A DNA stretch of 64,000 nucleotides from Blastocladiella emersonii ATCC 22665 (GCA_025594325.1 JANHCV010000007.1:806001-870000); one strand, 5' to 3'. Positions 11,275 through 24,000 are shown, numbered from the stretch's first letter. Numbers and translations are program-made. Notes: generated from the letters alone by a model not told the origin.

Positions 11275-13063
11275 ATGACAGCAGCATCTACCTTGGCCGT
11301 CACGGCCCCGCGGCCCGCCGCCGTCGCGGCAAACGGGTCGGGGCAGGTCCTCCCGCTACTCCGCCTGCTCGTCGTCCTGCTGCCCCCGTCACTCCTCAGC
11401 AGTACGCATCAACGTCCGAGGACATTTACAGGGTAGTGTTGACGGTCGTCGATGCATCCGCGTAGCCCTCCCGCTCGGCCGGTCGTGGGACCTCGTCCAC
11501 TACCTGTTCCTCGAGCTCTCGGTCATCGCGCTCTTCCGCACCCTCCTCGGCCTGCCGGACCCGGCTCAGGTGCTGGGCGTTGTTCCTCCGCCCGCTCCCG
11601 CGGTCGCTGCCCGCGCCGTCCCGCCATCGGCGACCATCCAGGTCGTCGGCGGGCCCGCCAAGGCGCCGCGCCAGCGCGGCCCGAGCGCCGTGCACGTTGA
11701 GGAGGAAGACGTCGCTCCCGGCACCGCTGTCGTCGTTGCGGCCGGTGAGCCGCAGGAGGAGGACGTGGATCTCGGTCCCGCCGACGACGGTGCCGCTGCT
11801 GCCGGCCCCGTGCACCCGCTCCTCGCGCGCGTCAACCCGCTCATCGACAAGCTCATGCGCATGGTGGCCGTCATGAACGACGCGCAGGCCGACGCTGAGG
11901 CGTGGGAGCTGGTCGTCGACCGCGGCGACGCCGTCAAGGTGTGGCGGTCGCGCACCAACGAGCACCAGTACCGCCTGCTCGGCATCTTTGACGCGGTACG
12001 CTGAAAGTGTCCAAATCCGGACGCGAACGTGGTGGTGGTGGCTGGTGCGTGTGCTGACGCGTCGCGACCGCTGTGTAGCCGCTGTACACGACGTTTGACT
12101 TTCTCAACGATATCGAAGCGCGGCCCGGATGGTACAAGAGCTGCTATGACCGGTCCCGCGCCGCAGTTAGCTCACCGCCGCGCGTCATGGTGTAGGGACG
12201 AGATGACCGACTCGACGCGGATCCTCGAGCACCTGTCGCCGACGACGCGCGTGCAGCAGATCAAGATCAAGGCCATCTGGCCGACCTCGGCCCGCGACCT
12301 GTGCGTGCTCTCGCACTGGCGCCGGTCCTCGCCGACCCAGCTCGTCGCCTGCACCACCTCCGTCGACCACCCCGACGCTCCCGAGCTCCCCGGCGTCGTG
12401 CGCATGTGGGCCGACTGCGCCGGCCAGATCTGCGACCGCGTCGTCGTCAACGGCATCGAGAAGACGCGCGTCCTCCAGATCGCCGACGGTGATCCGAAGG
12501 GATGGGTGCCCAAGTCGGTGCTCACCATGGGTACGTCCCCTTCGGGTATTGGTGTGGGGTGAATGGGAGCTGACCGGGCGCGCCGTGTAGTCGCGACCAA
12601 GGCCATGCCCAACTCGTTCCTCAAGGTCAACGAGCTCGTGTCCAAGCTCCCGCACGTCGCCAAGTCACGCTACTTTCCCGACACGGACGGCGCCGAGGCT
12701 TCTTCCAGTTCCGCAAAACCGTCGTCGACTGCCTCGCGTAAACCTGCTGCTGCCGGTGCCCCGCCCAAGTCGACTCCTTCGGCGACGCAAACCAGCAACC
12801 CCTCCGTCAACCCACCTCCTCCCGCTCCCACCACCGTCACTGCGACGCACACGACGCGCGTCGTCGTCACGCCGCCAAGGTCGTGGCTCGAGCGGTACCC
12901 GGGCCCGATCCTGCGCGCCGTGCACCGCGTCGTCACCGCCGCGAGCCCGTACGCCGTCTCGGCCATGCTGGTCATGATGGTCGTGCAGCGGCTGCGCGCG
13001 GGCAACGGCGCGGCAGGCAGCGGGATCCTCGGGATGCTCCCGTTCGGCGGATCGCGCCGGTAG
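11275..13063 (+). CDS. START-domain lipid-binding protein with hydrophobic N- and C-terminal segments (multi-exon)
   Basis: START motifs WELVVDRGDAVKVWR, KIKAIWPTSARDLCVLSHW, TSVDHPDAPELPGVVRM and GDPKGWVPKSVL. Several GT..AG introns are needed; exon 1 from ATG 11275 joins in frame. The C-terminus carries a TM (AVSAMLVMMVVQ). Confidence 0.8.
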
Positions 13064-13228
13064 TTCAGTTGATGTGTTTGTGCGGTTTTGGACAGAGCGC
13101 ATGAATACAGTGATTTATGAGAAGCAAAAGGCTACAAAAATGTACAACGCGAGGGCACGAAGCGGGCGCGCGGAGGGGGCAGATCTATACAGGGAGGGAG
13201 CATCATCGTCTTGACTTGACTTCTCGTC

Positions 13229-15996
13229 TTACTTGGGTGACGTCCGCGTCGACATCGACGGTCCGTTCGCAAACTCGACGCCGGACATGGCCTCGGACGC
13301 CGTGGGCGACGCGCCGCCCGCACCGACGCCGCGCAGCGCGAACAGGCCTGGCTGCATCCACGGCATCGACTGGCGGTCGAGCGAGTCCATGCGCTCGTAG
13401 CCCGACGCGAGCGACTCCTCGGCAACGCTGCGGTCGAGCGTAACGCCCGCGCCGCCGCCCGCAATCGACTCAGGCGGCAGCTCGTACACGCTGCTCATGG
13501 GCCGCGCGCCCGGCGCCAGGTACCGCGCCGCCAGCAGGCCGAACGGGACGACCGGCTCGCCGCTCGTCGGCGTCCCGCCGTGGTACAGCGTGCGCGCCGA
13601 GACCACGGAGGACGCGGGCTGCGGCGTCGTCGTGGTGCCGACGGCCGACTCGGCGTCCACGTCATCCAGCAGCACCGCGTCGTCCGGGTTACTAGATGAG
13701 CCGCGCGCGCTCCCGCTCGCCGTCGACGGCATCTCGGAAAGGCGCGACTCGATGCGCGCCATCACCGCAGCCGCCGTCGCGCTGAGCGCCAGCAGGTCCG
13801 CGTTGTTCCCGCCGCTGCCACTAGGCCCATTCGTCGGCACCGCGCCCGTGTGGATCGCCGGCGGAATCGCAATCGACAGCGGCGTGATGGATCCGCGTCG
13901 CGGCGGCGTGCTCGTGAGGTGCGCGGGGAGCGACGGCCGGCGGCCCGTGGACCCGGGCGGCGACCCGCTCGCGACCGACCCGTTGACGGGCGTCCCGATC
14001 CGGCTCAGCGGAATCAGCAGCTCGGGTGACGACCCGCGTCGCGCCGTCGGCACGTGCGCCGTCGCTGCGGGGACCGGCGGCGGCATCGGCGGGAGGTGCG
14101 AGTACCGGTTCGTGGCGGGCGGGGGCAGGTCAGACCCGCTGCCGAACTGCGAGTACGTCGGTGTCGCCGCGGGAAGCGAGAAGTCGACCCCGTCCGTCGT
14201 CGATCCGCGGCGGCCTAGCGTGGTCGGCGGGACAGGCGCGGGGAGCGAGCCGGCGGGCGGGAGGATCGACGGTGGGCGAGCGCCTGGGCCGTTGTTGCCG
14301 TTGTTGACGATGGCCGCCAGCGCGGGACTCATGAAGGACATCGTGTTGCCGTTGCCGCGGTTCGGACCCGGACCCATGAACGAGTTGGTGTTGTTCGGGC
14401 CAGGGCCACCGTTGCCCATGAACGAGTTGGTGTTGTTCGAGCCAGGGCCGCCGTTGCCCATGTACGACGAGTTGGGACCAGGGCCGCCGGGACCGTTCGG
14501 CAGGAAGTTGTTGCCGCCGCCGCCGCTGCTCATGCCCGACGGACCGTTAATGTTGTTGAAGTTGCTGTTGGAGGATCCGTTGCCGTTGAAGTTGTTGGAG
14601 GGGCCGTTGTTGCTGTTGAAGTTATTCGATGGCCCGTTACCATTGAAGTTGTTGCTCGAAGGCCCGTTGTTGCCGCTGAAGTTGCTGCCCGGCCCGCCGT
14701 TGCTGTTATACCCGACGCCGTTCCCGCCGTAGTACCCGGACCCCGCGGACATTGGCGGCGCGCCGCTACCGCTGCCGTAGAAGCTGCCGGTATGCGGGGA
14801 CACGAACGAGTTGGCGCGTCCGGCGGCGCCGCCCTGGAACGCGGGCGAGGAGGCCATGTGCCCGCCGCGTCCGTTCGGTGGCCCCGCCGAGCCGTTGATC
14901 AGGCTGGCGTCGGACCCACGTCGCGCGAACGGAACAGACGCGTCGTTGGCGGCCTGCGACGCGCTGCCATTTTGGTACGCGCGCGTCTGCGCCGTCGGCT
15001 GGAACTTGGACACGGACGGCCGGTGGAGCGACTGGATCCCGCTCCCGGGCATGCCGGCCGCGGCGGCGGCCGCGCGCAGCGGCGCCGTCAGGAGGTACAG
15101 GCACCACACGGTGAGCGCGGCCGAGGCGATGGATGACACAAGAACGCCCATGTCGAGGACCATGGGCGGCAGGCCCGTGCGCGTCAGCGGCGACGCGATG
15201 TCGACAAGGATCGGCGCCACGACCGTCAGGCCCGCGGCCGCCGCGGTGCCCCAGGGCACGGCACCGCGCGCGCTGGCCACAGCGAACACGATCGCGGCTA
15301 CGGCGTGCGCGCCGAGACGAGACAGGTGCAGGTAGTCGATCAGGTCGCCGCCGGGGGCCGACCGGCTCGGTTGCAGCATCGTGACGGGTGCCGAGGCGGC
15401 GACGTAGATGAGCGTCGCAGCGAACGCGAGCGTGGTCCCGACGACCGTGCCCGCGGTGGTCACCGTGGCCGCGTTGCCCGCGCGCCGCCCCGTCGACAGC
15501 TCCGGGTGCGCCGACCACTGGCGGCCGGCCACGAGCATCCACGCGGCCCACGCGAGCATGCCGGCGATTTCGATGGCGCAGTGGACGCCGGGCAGCATCT
15601 CGCGCGCCGTGGCGTTGAACGAGACTTCGGACCGGAGCCCGTTCAGCAGCAGGTGGTTGGCCGTGGTGGCTTTCACGCCCGGCGCGAGCGGCGGGAGCAC
15701 CGACTGCTGGTACTTGAGCGCGGCTTCCCAGAACCGCGCCGTCGCGGCCGTCGTTACGGCGACGCCGACGGTCGCCAGGAAGATTTTGGTCGTGCGATCG
15801 ATGCGCCGGCGAAGCGTGATGGACAGCCGCGTCGTCGTCTGCGGCAGGCGGTACACGTGCGTGGCCAGTGTGCCCAGCGTGGCCACTTGGATCAGGCCGG
15901 TCGCGAGTGGGATGTAGTCTGCGGGACAAGACGAGGGCGGTGAGGACCGATGGCCCCGGACGGGCGATGTCGCGAGGGCGTACCTGAGTACGACAT
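13229..15996 (-). CDS. Predicted 7-transmembrane protein with long low-complexity cytoplasmic tail
   Basis: A micro-exon ATG TCG TAC TCA G (15996) splices via a GTACGC..CAG intron to the 885-aa ORF. About seven hydrophobic segments occupy the first ~270 aa, followed by a G/N/P/S-rich tail. Confidence 0.65.
14378..14700 (-). repeat. Coding tandem repeats (NSFMGNGGPGxNNT, NGPSxNNFN)
   Basis: Two near-identical 42-bp units at 14378-14461 (gaacgagttggtgttgttcgRgccagggccRccgttgcccat) plus degenerate NGPS-NNFN units. Confidence 0.8.
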
Positions 15997-16458
15997 GATC
16001 AGTCCATTCACGAAAAGTAGGTGTCGTGTAGTAGTAGTAGAAGGTGTTCGACCAGCGAACTCGTGTGTCTCGCTCGGGACGAGGAGCAGGTCAAGTCAAG
16101 CGGGTGGGTAGGAGGGCAGAGAGCGAGGACAGTAACGTCACGGGCTCTGGTCGAGCGCAACTCGCAGGAGAGAGTCGCGGTGGAAGACAAGGCGCGCAGT
16201 CCTCGCCATCGTGAAAATGATACAAACACGCCATCTGCCTGGGGCTCGGCGCCTCCGCGCTGCCGAAGATTTGTTCATGACCCGACCGCTTCACGCTTCA
16301 TTTCGGCGGTGGTGGCTGTGCGGTGGCTTAGCTCGGTGTGGCGCAGCGCGGGTTCCGCATGTTCATTGAGGTCATTGCGATGGTCTATCGATAGGTATTG
16401 TTCGCATGCGAATGGAGCCATCGATTCAGATATGAGTAGAGGACAAATTGTCGCGAAA

Positions 16459-17429
16459 CTAACGCTCCCGCCGTGGAACAAGACTTGATGTTTCGCTGTG
16501 GTCGGGTGATGCGAGGGATGATGCGTTGCTGTCGACGACGGCGAAGGGACTGATGGGTAGCTGGACGCGCGCGTACTGTCCCCCCGTGGAACCACTTGAA
16601 AGTCTACGACCACGGTAACCATGGTCATGACCAGCATCCGCTCGTTCGAGGTCCGGCGCCGCGATATCCGCACTCGCGAGCAACGGACCCGCGCTTCCCG
16701 GCTCACTTGCGTCGCTGCTGAGCTCGGCATCAGGCCCTCGATCAGCCGCAACAGCGATACCGAGTGCCGCTGCATCGCCGCCCCGCTCGACATCCGCCTT
16801 GCGACCCGGTATCTTCTCCCGCCCACGCCGCTGCCGCCTCCACGTGAGCCACCGCGCACCGGCCAGCACGCTCGCGACGATGAGCACGAGCGTGACGAGC
16901 GGATACCAGTCGAAGAAGGTGTGGCCCCACAGCTCGCGGATCGCCGAGGTGCGGCCGCGGTTCTCGATGGTGCCGATCTGCTCGTCGGTAAGGTTGGTGC
17001 CCGCGTACTGCTCCGTGATGGGCGGGTTCGCGGCGGCGGCGTTGTCTTGGCCGGGCAGCCACGCGGCGCCGTGGTCCTCGCCGGCGTCGATGGCCGAGCC
17101 GGGTGTTTTGGTTGGCTGCAGGGCGCGCAAGGTGGTGGCGGGTGCGGTGGCCGCACGGGAGGTGCTCGTGACGGCGACCTCTAGAAAGGTTGCAGTATGA
17201 GTTGACTGAAGGACGAGGCGAGCAGCAGGGGCGAGGCACCGTTGTCCAAGGGCGGAGCCGTGTCGCTGCCAAGGCTCACGCCGCCGAGCAGTGCACGGCC
17301 GGGTATCAGCGTCGCTCGCGGACCGTTCGCCGACGTAGTCGTCCGCACTTGGCCGAGGTCAAGCGACGGCGTGGTTGCAGCGCCGGCAGCGCTCGATGGC
17401 ACCGGACTGGCCATGGTCACAGCACTCAT
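16459..17429 (-). CDS. 5'-degenerate paralog of the adjacent single-pass membrane protein (possible pseudogene)
   Basis: Shares GRALLGGVSLG, NLTDEQI..IENRG.TS.IRE.W, the TM and the C-terminal VDS..LVP.R.R with 17801..19459. Needs a ~59-nt intron near 17181-17239. The upstream frame is open but has no ATG or signal peptide. Confidence 0.55.
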
Positions 17430-17800
17430 CGTCGTGTCGTCTTTGAGGTCCAAGCGAGCGAGCCTCGTGGCAAGAGTGTGTGGCGTGCCAACGACTTCAA
17501 AGTGGCGTCTTGAAAGCGGTGCATCGCGGGGAGAAGCGAGCGAACCTGTGATGGTGTTTGGACATGCGGCGGGAGCGATCGCTCCCGCACTCGCGAGTGA
17601 TGGCCGAGTGATGGTGGAGAATCTGATGGTGGCGCAGCTGAACGTGGCGCGACGCGTGTGGATGACTGAAGACTACTTTTTATTCGCACACGATTAGGAG
17701 GAAGTTACAGGACACACTTAGAGGGGAAGGGGAGAAGATATAAGACTCTTCGCGCGGGCACACACACGAGGCCGCGCGATCGATCGGATCACTTGACGCA

Positions 17801-19459
17801 TCACCGCTGCCGTGCTGGAACAAGCGCCGCGGCCACGTCGTCGTCGTAGCTGGTGCGGGACGGAGGCACGAGCGTCGCGTCCGAGTCCACAATGACGGGG
17901 CTGAGCTGCGACAGCGACGGGCGGTAGCTGTCAAAGCTGCTGCTGGAACGCGACGAGAGGGTGTCGTCCTCCTTGACGACGAGGCACGCGTCAGCGAGAT
18001 CGGCTTCGGGGATCAGCGTGTCAGCGTTGCTCGGACGGCGTAGGTCAGGTTCGATGTCGATCGAGTTGTTGCGGGGTATGGTGGGGGTTTCGTCTTGGTC
18101 TAGGGTATTGTTGCTGATCAGGTTGTCGAAGCTGGGCGACACACCACCGCCGCCAGCGCGCTGCGCCTTGGCATCGCTCGCCCGTTCCTGCAGCCGCCGG
18201 CCCGCATACCACTGCCGCGCAGCGACGATCCCAGCGACCGCCGCGACGACTGCGACGAGCGGCCCCCACTCAGCGACGACGCCGAGCGCCCACCGCTCGC
18301 GGATCGACGAGGTGATGCCGCGGTTCTCGATGATGTGGATCTGCTCGTCGGTCAGGTTCGCGCGAGCGTACCGCACCGTGACGGACGCGTCCACGTCGCT
18401 CGTCTTGTTGCCCGGCGCTTCGCGGCGCGGCGCGGCGCCGACGTCGGCGAGCTGCAGGTCCTCGTCGCCGTCGTCAACGGTGGACCCGGGTGTCCGGCTC
18501 GCGCGCGGCGCGCGGGTAGTGGTGGTGCGGCTCGCGCTGCCGCCGAGGATCTCTGGAGGGAGTGTGGTGGAGGTTGGTCGAGGCGCTAGACCGGGGAGGA
18601 CGAGGCCGGGGAGCGAGGTGCCCGTTGGGGAGCTGGGCGACGATGATGATGGAAGGGTAGAGGTGGCGGTACCGTTGCCGTGCGGCAGAGTTGCGGTAGA
18701 GGTATCGTTGCCAAGGCTCACGCCGCCGAGCAGGGCACGACCAGACGGCGACGGGGCCGGGGCGATCGATGACGAGTTGGACGACACGGTCACGGTGACG
18801 TTGGCCGTCGTCGGCGCCATCGATACGACGCCGGAGGTGCCCATCGCCGCGCCCGACAGCGGGCTGGCAGTTGCGGTAGCGTTCATGGAGGAGGCGGGCG
18901 GGGGCGATGAGGGAGCGGTTGGGATTGGCGGTTTGGGAGAGGTGGGATCGTCGTCGCGCAGGCGCGGGGCGGCGGGTGCGGTGGCGCGGACAGAGTGCGC
19001 CGGCATGGACGTGGAAGGTGCGGCTGCTGAGGCTGAGCTGGAACTGGAAGCCGAAACTGGCGCGGGCGAAGCCCGATCATCACGGCCGCCATGGGCAATG
19101 AATGGCGTCCCGAGCCATGCGTCGGCGGAAGCAACACCAGCGGTGGCGGGGATCAGGCCGCGGTCCCGAGGCGACGGAACCTGAACCTGATCGATGGCCC
19201 GTGCGACGGCGTCGAGGGCGGCCACGGGTGAGCCAGCTCCGCCAGCCGCAGCAGACCGCAGCGCTTGTCGTGATCGGACGGCGGCGGGCAACGGGTCCAC
19301 AGACTGGCCACGGAGGTCGGCAGGGACGGGCTGCGGCGGCGGCCCAGGCAGTGCGCCGCTGCTGAGCGGGGCCGCCAAACTGGGGGCCGCGAGCGCGGCC
19401 GCCGCAGCGATCGCGATCAGCAGGTGGCACAGTCGCGCGAAGGTGGGCGATCGTGTCAT
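17801..19459 (-). CDS. Type I membrane protein, Ser/Thr/Pro-rich (mucin-like) ectodomain, orphan
   Basis: Signal peptide (LCHLLIAIAAAAALAAPSLA), S/T/P-rich stalk with N-x-S/T sequons, TM WGPLVAVVAAVAGIVAA, and cytoplasmic tail. Confidence 0.75.
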   Translation of the reverse strand: MTRSPTFARLCHLLIAIAAAAALAAPSLAAPLSSGALPGPPPQPVPADLRGQSVDPLPAAVRSRQALRSAAAGGAGSPVAALDAVARAIDQVQVPSPRDRGLIPATAGVASADAWLGTPFIAHGGRDDRASPAPVSASSSSSASAAAPSTSMPAHSVRATAPAAPRLRDDDPTSPKPPIPTAPSSPPPASSMNATATASPLSGAAMGTSGVVSMAPTTANVTVTVSSNSSSIAPAPSPSGRALLGGVSLGNDTSTATLPHGNGTATSTLPSSSSPSSPTGTSLPGLVLPGLAPRPTSTTLPPEILGGSASRTTTTRAPRASRTPGSTVDDGDEDLQLADVGAAPRREAPGNKTSDVDASVTVRYARANLTDEQIHIIENRGITSSIRERWALGVVAEWGPLVAVVAAVAGIVAARQWYAGRRLQERASDAKAQRAGGGGVSPSFDNLISNNTLDQDETPTIPRNNSIDIEPDLRRPSNADTLIPEADLADACLVVKEDDTLSSRSSSSFDSYRPSLSQLSPVIVDSDATLVPPSRTSYDDDVAAALVPARQR

Positions 19460-19976
19460 GGCCGTGGTCGGTGGTCGTGGCCCAAGGGATCAGGGTCGGC
19501 GGCGGCGAGGTTGTGGCGAACGGCAGGTGCGGTGCACGGCACGGGCACGGCAAGAGCGGGGACGGGTGTCTGTGCACGCGCGGACGCAAGAGAGGGAGAG
19601 AGAGCGTAAACGTGTTGCCCGCTCCTCGCGGACGTCGGGACGGCGTGGAAGGTCGTTCGTGGCCGAGAGCGGGCAGCGTGGCCAGCCTTGCAACCGCGCC
19701 ACCGCGGCCATGACACCACACCGGCGCGGGCTGATTGGATCATCGGCGGCCTGTTGTTCGGCGATCGGCGTTTCAGGCCACACCGCGCTCATGCGCCCAT
19801 CCGCTTTGCCCCCATGTATCGGATAGCGGCACGTGCGGTCACGCGGACGAGACGCCGCGCGTGCACCTTGCGCCGCGCCGACGCGTTCCGTTTTGCTTAT
19901 TTGACGCGTCTATCATCACCTCAGGAAGCCACGATCGCGCACGCCACTCGCCGCATCGCGCACCCACCGACCCACC

Positions 19977-20864
19977 ATGTATCGCCGCCACCTCGCGCCG
20001 CTCGCCGTGCTGGCGCTCCTCGCCGCGTCCGTGACGGCGTCGCACTCGTCGGTCCCCGTCGTCGCGTGGCGCGCGCACGCCGCCCGCTCCGCCGCCCCCA
20101 CGTCGCACGTCCAGACCCCCGCCGCGGGTGTCGGCACCGCCTCGACGCTGCCGTCGCTCCTCGCCGACGCCGGCGTGTGGTCCGCCGCCGACCTGTGCAC
20201 CGCCTCGCCCGCCGTCGTCGTGTTCCAGCACGACAACGTGCACGCCGTCGACCTGCTCAAGCACCGCGACCACCCGGCCGTCCTGGTCCTCAAGGCCGCC
20301 AACGAGCAGAGCGCCGCGTCCGTCGAGGTCGCGCACTACGCGGGCGACGCTGCCGCTGACCTGGCTGCCGCGTACACGGTGACGTGCGATGCGTCTGCTG
20401 ACGGTGCCGTGCGTGTGGTCGACCTGCCCGCGCTCGCGGACGAGGTCGCCGACGCCAAGTCGCCTGCGGCTGCCACCGTTGCCACTACCATGGCCGCCGC
20501 TACGCGCGAGTTCCCCGACGCCCTGTTTGTGTACACGGGCACCTGGGCCGCGCCTGCCGTCGACGGCGGCGTCGAGGCGCTCGCTGTCTCGGCTTCGCCT
20601 GTGACCGGTGGTGCCTCGGGTGCGATCACGGCCAAGACGCCGTTCATTGGACAGTACCGCATTTTCACGCCCGGTTTCTTCATGGTACGTTGTTGCTTGC
20701 TCAGCCTGCGCGTTGGTACGCAACTGACCAGTTCTCGCTGCAAACAGACGCTCTCGGTCGCCGTCGGCCTGCTCCTCATCCTGCTCGTCGGCATCTCGTG
20801 GCTCGCCAGCATCAAGGTCCCTGCCGGCATGGAGGGATCCAAGCGCAAGCCCAAGACCGCCTAA
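19977..20864 (+). CDS. V-ATPase accessory protein, Ac45/Voa1/Big1-type (signal peptide plus C-terminal TM)
   Basis: Signal peptide MYRRHLAPLAVLALLAASVTA. The C-terminus FIGQYRIFTPGFFM|TLSVAVGLLLILLVGISWLASIKVP matches the Ac45/Voa1 TM signature after removing an in-frame GTACGT..ACTGAC..CAG intron. Confidence 0.75.
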   Translation: MYRRHLAPLAVLALLAASVTASHSSVPVVAWRAHAARSAAPTSHVQTPAAGVGTASTLPSLLADAGVWSAADLCTASPAVVVFQHDNVHAVDLLKHRDHPAVLVLKAANEQSAASVEVAHYAGDAAADLAAAYTVTCDASADGAVRVVDLPALADEVADAKSPAAATVATTMAAATREFPDALFVYTGTWAAPAVDGGVEALAVSASPVTGGASGAITAKTPFIGQYRIFTPGFFMVRCCLLSLRVGTQLTSSRCKQTLSVAVGLLLILLVGISWLASIKVPAGMEGSKRKPKTA

Positions 20865-21039
20865 CCTCTCTCCTCCCCTTCCCCCTCTCCTCTTTGTTCG
20901 AAGTACGAGCCAAGGAATCGAACCACACGCGTGTCGTTTATATGAGCTACCGTTTATACCAAAACAACCAATCAATCAAATCAGATCCGTAAGAAGTCCG
21001 CTGCCAGTTGAAGGGCGCCTCGTCTCGTTCCTTGCTCTC

Positions 21040-24000
21040 TCACTGTTGTGGTGGTAGTGGTGGTGGTGGCCCAGCCACTGCACCCGCCGCCGTGTCCACC
21101 TCCATGTCTTCCGCCGCTGGCGCCGCCGCCGCGTCCTGCTGCGGTTCCCGAGGCGGCGGCGGCGTCAAGGCCGCGGACCACGCGCGCCGCGCCTGGCCCA
21201 GCTTCGCGCGCGCCGCGTTGTCCCACAGAAGACTCGCGAGAGCGCTACACCCGGAGTCGTTACCACCACCACGCCACTCTTGCCCTAGCAGCGAACGTAC
21301 CTGTCCCAAACCGCCTCGACCCCATCGACTCCCGTCTGGTACGTAACCACGAGTGCGCGCGCCACGAGCAACGCCGCGGACCCGGGCTCGCGCGGCGCGA
21401 CGCGGGACGCAAACTCGATGAGCGCGCGTGGCGACGCGTACGGCGCCGTGCTCGCGTCGGCCATGCGTTTCGCGAGCGCGTAAGCGGTCGGACCCGTAAC
21501 ATGGTTGAGAATCCAGTCGACCAAAGAAGCGTCCTACACGCGGACACGCGAAACAGAGAAGATAAGGTCAGACAACGGGGGGTTAGCGGCCGCGCCGAGC
21601 CGCCGACCACGACGAGATGAACGCGAAGCGAGAAAAAGGGGTGAAATGCACATGAACGTAAGCCGGCCGCACAAACGCGGGCGCGTCGGCGGCGAGATCG
21701 CCGGGGTACGGGAACAAGCGCGCGTGCGCCTTTGGGTCGAGCGCCGTGCGGAGCCACTTATTGGCGACGGTAGACGACGGCGAGTCAGTATCATCGGTGG
21801 CAGGAGCGGGGAGGAGCCAGAGGAGAAGCTCGCGCCACAGCGGGCCCGAGTCGCCGCGTCGCAGCGCGCCCGCGAGGTGCCGCGCCGTGCACGACGCCGT
21901 GGGCTTGTCGGCGAGCGCCGCGAGCGTCTGGTAGTGCAGCAGGCGGAGCGTTGGTGAGTCGCTGAGGTGTCGCGCCGCGAGCCGCGGTTTGTGCGCGAGG
22001 AGCGCCGCTGTCGTGGTCGTGGTCGCGGGCGTCGAGAGGTTGAGGAGGCGCTCGTACAGCGCGAGCGCGTGGACGGCGTCGACGCTGGACGCCATGGAGA
22101 GCTATACCCGCACGCGTAGAGTGAGTCGCGGCGACATTGCCTGTTGCTACACAAGAGCCGTACCGCGGGCATATCCGCAAACGCCGCGCGCGCCGCATTC
22201 ACGAGCGCCGTGACCGCGCCAGCCTTGTCGCCCGCTGCGACACGGTCCGCGATCAGCGCGTTCCACGCGACGACGTGCGCCTCGGGCGCGATCTCTGACC
22301 GGGCGAGCTGCTGCGCGAGCGCCCTGCGGCTGGTACTGCTGCCGCCGTTCTGACCCGCCGGCTGTGTGGGCGGGAGCACGAGGGTGAAGATCGACAGGAT
22401 CCCGTCCATCGAGTCGCGCGGGATCTCGGCCGCCGCCGCTGCGGCCGCGGCCGCAGCCTCCTGCGTCGCCGACGGGAGCTCGCCGTCCTCCATCATCGCG
22501 TTGGCGTGGTCGATCGCGGCGACGGCCGAGGTCAGCACCGCGGCGGTGCGCGCGAGGACGGCAAGTTCGGGGGTCGCAGCACCGCCGGCGACGGACGCGG
22601 ACCACGCAGTTTCGAGCTCGGCGGCGATCTGCGCGGCCGTGCGCAGTTTCGCGAGGACCTCCGGGTTCTCGGTGTCGCGCGGCGGGAGCACAATGAAGAG
22701 TCGCCGCGGCACGACAAACGCGTGCGGGAACACGACGCCGAGCACGTCGCGTGGCGGGAGCGCGTCGTGGGCGAGGACGTGAATGAGCGTGAGCCACGCG
22801 ATGGCGAGGTCGCGCGGCGGCAGGATGCGCCAGGCGACCGTCTCGTGGAGCTTGGCGGGGACCGACGCGGCCAGCTCCACCTCGACGTTGTCGGTCATGG
22901 CCGCGAGCTCGGGCGCGCGGAGGATCGACGCGAGGAGCCGCATTGTCGGGCCCATGCCGAAAAACGCGGCGAGGCTGTGGCACGTGCCGATCAGCGCGTC
23001 GAGGACGACGGGGTTGCCGGGCTCGTCGGCGGGCGCAGGCGCGGGCGCGAGCGCTGGATCCTCGATCGCGGCGAGGGCGTGTTTGGCCGTGGCGAGGAAA
23101 AAGTTGATGGCCGCGCCCGCGCGCTGCCCGGCCTGCGCCACACGCGCGGCCTGCTTCCACTGGAGCGTCCAGTGGGCCGGCCGGGCCTTGATAGCCGAAG
23201 CGAACGCGGTGTCGACCATCTCGTGGCCGACGCCCGCCTCCTTGCGCGCAATGAGCTCGAGGTACAGCTCCCAGATCGCGGGGTGCGCCGGGTACTGGGT
23301 GAGCCCGCGCTTGAGGATGGCGAGCGCCGGGTGGAGCGCCGTGTTGTGCGGGTTGTCGAGCGTCGCGCGCGTCATGTTCCCGGGGAGAAGCAGGATCGCG
23401 TACTGCACCCAGTCGTCGGGCGTCATGTCCTTGGCGGCCTCCTTCTCCTCAAACTCGCCCTCGTCGAGCGTCGGCGCAAAGAACCGCTCGACGTGTCGCG
23501 GCTCGGGGATACCCGCGAGCCGGCGCACGAGCCCCGCCATGGCGACGGGCCGCGGGACCGCCTCGGGGTCGAGCATCGCGGCGACCGCGCGCGACATGGT
23601 CACCCGCCGGAGCGCCTCGCGGGCGGCCGCGACGACGGCGTCGATCACGGCGTCGTTGGACAGCGCGCGCTTGATCCGGTCGCGCATGTCGGCGAGGAAC
23701 GCGGCGCCGTCGACGGCGGCCGCGTGCGTCTTGCGGATCAGCTTGCTGAGCCACAGCTCGGGCTTGTCCATCTCGGCCGTGTGCGTGAACTCGCACTTGG
23801 CGTCGTTGCACACGCCGCCGGCCGCGAGCTCGAACGGGCACAGGGCAACTTCGTGCGGGATCCGGACGCCCGAGGACGCGGACGTGGACGTCGCGTGCAG
23901 GTTGGTCTGGCTCCCGCGCGCCGACGACGGCTGTGTGCCGGGCTGCGCGCCGCGCTTGGCGTCGAGCGACGCGACGAGCGTGGCGGGCGGGTTCCACGGC

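Noticed and set aside
15040-15200. 7TM protein as a rhodopsin/opsin
   Set aside because: There is no lysine in the last helix for a retinal Schiff base, and no guanylyl-cyclase domain.
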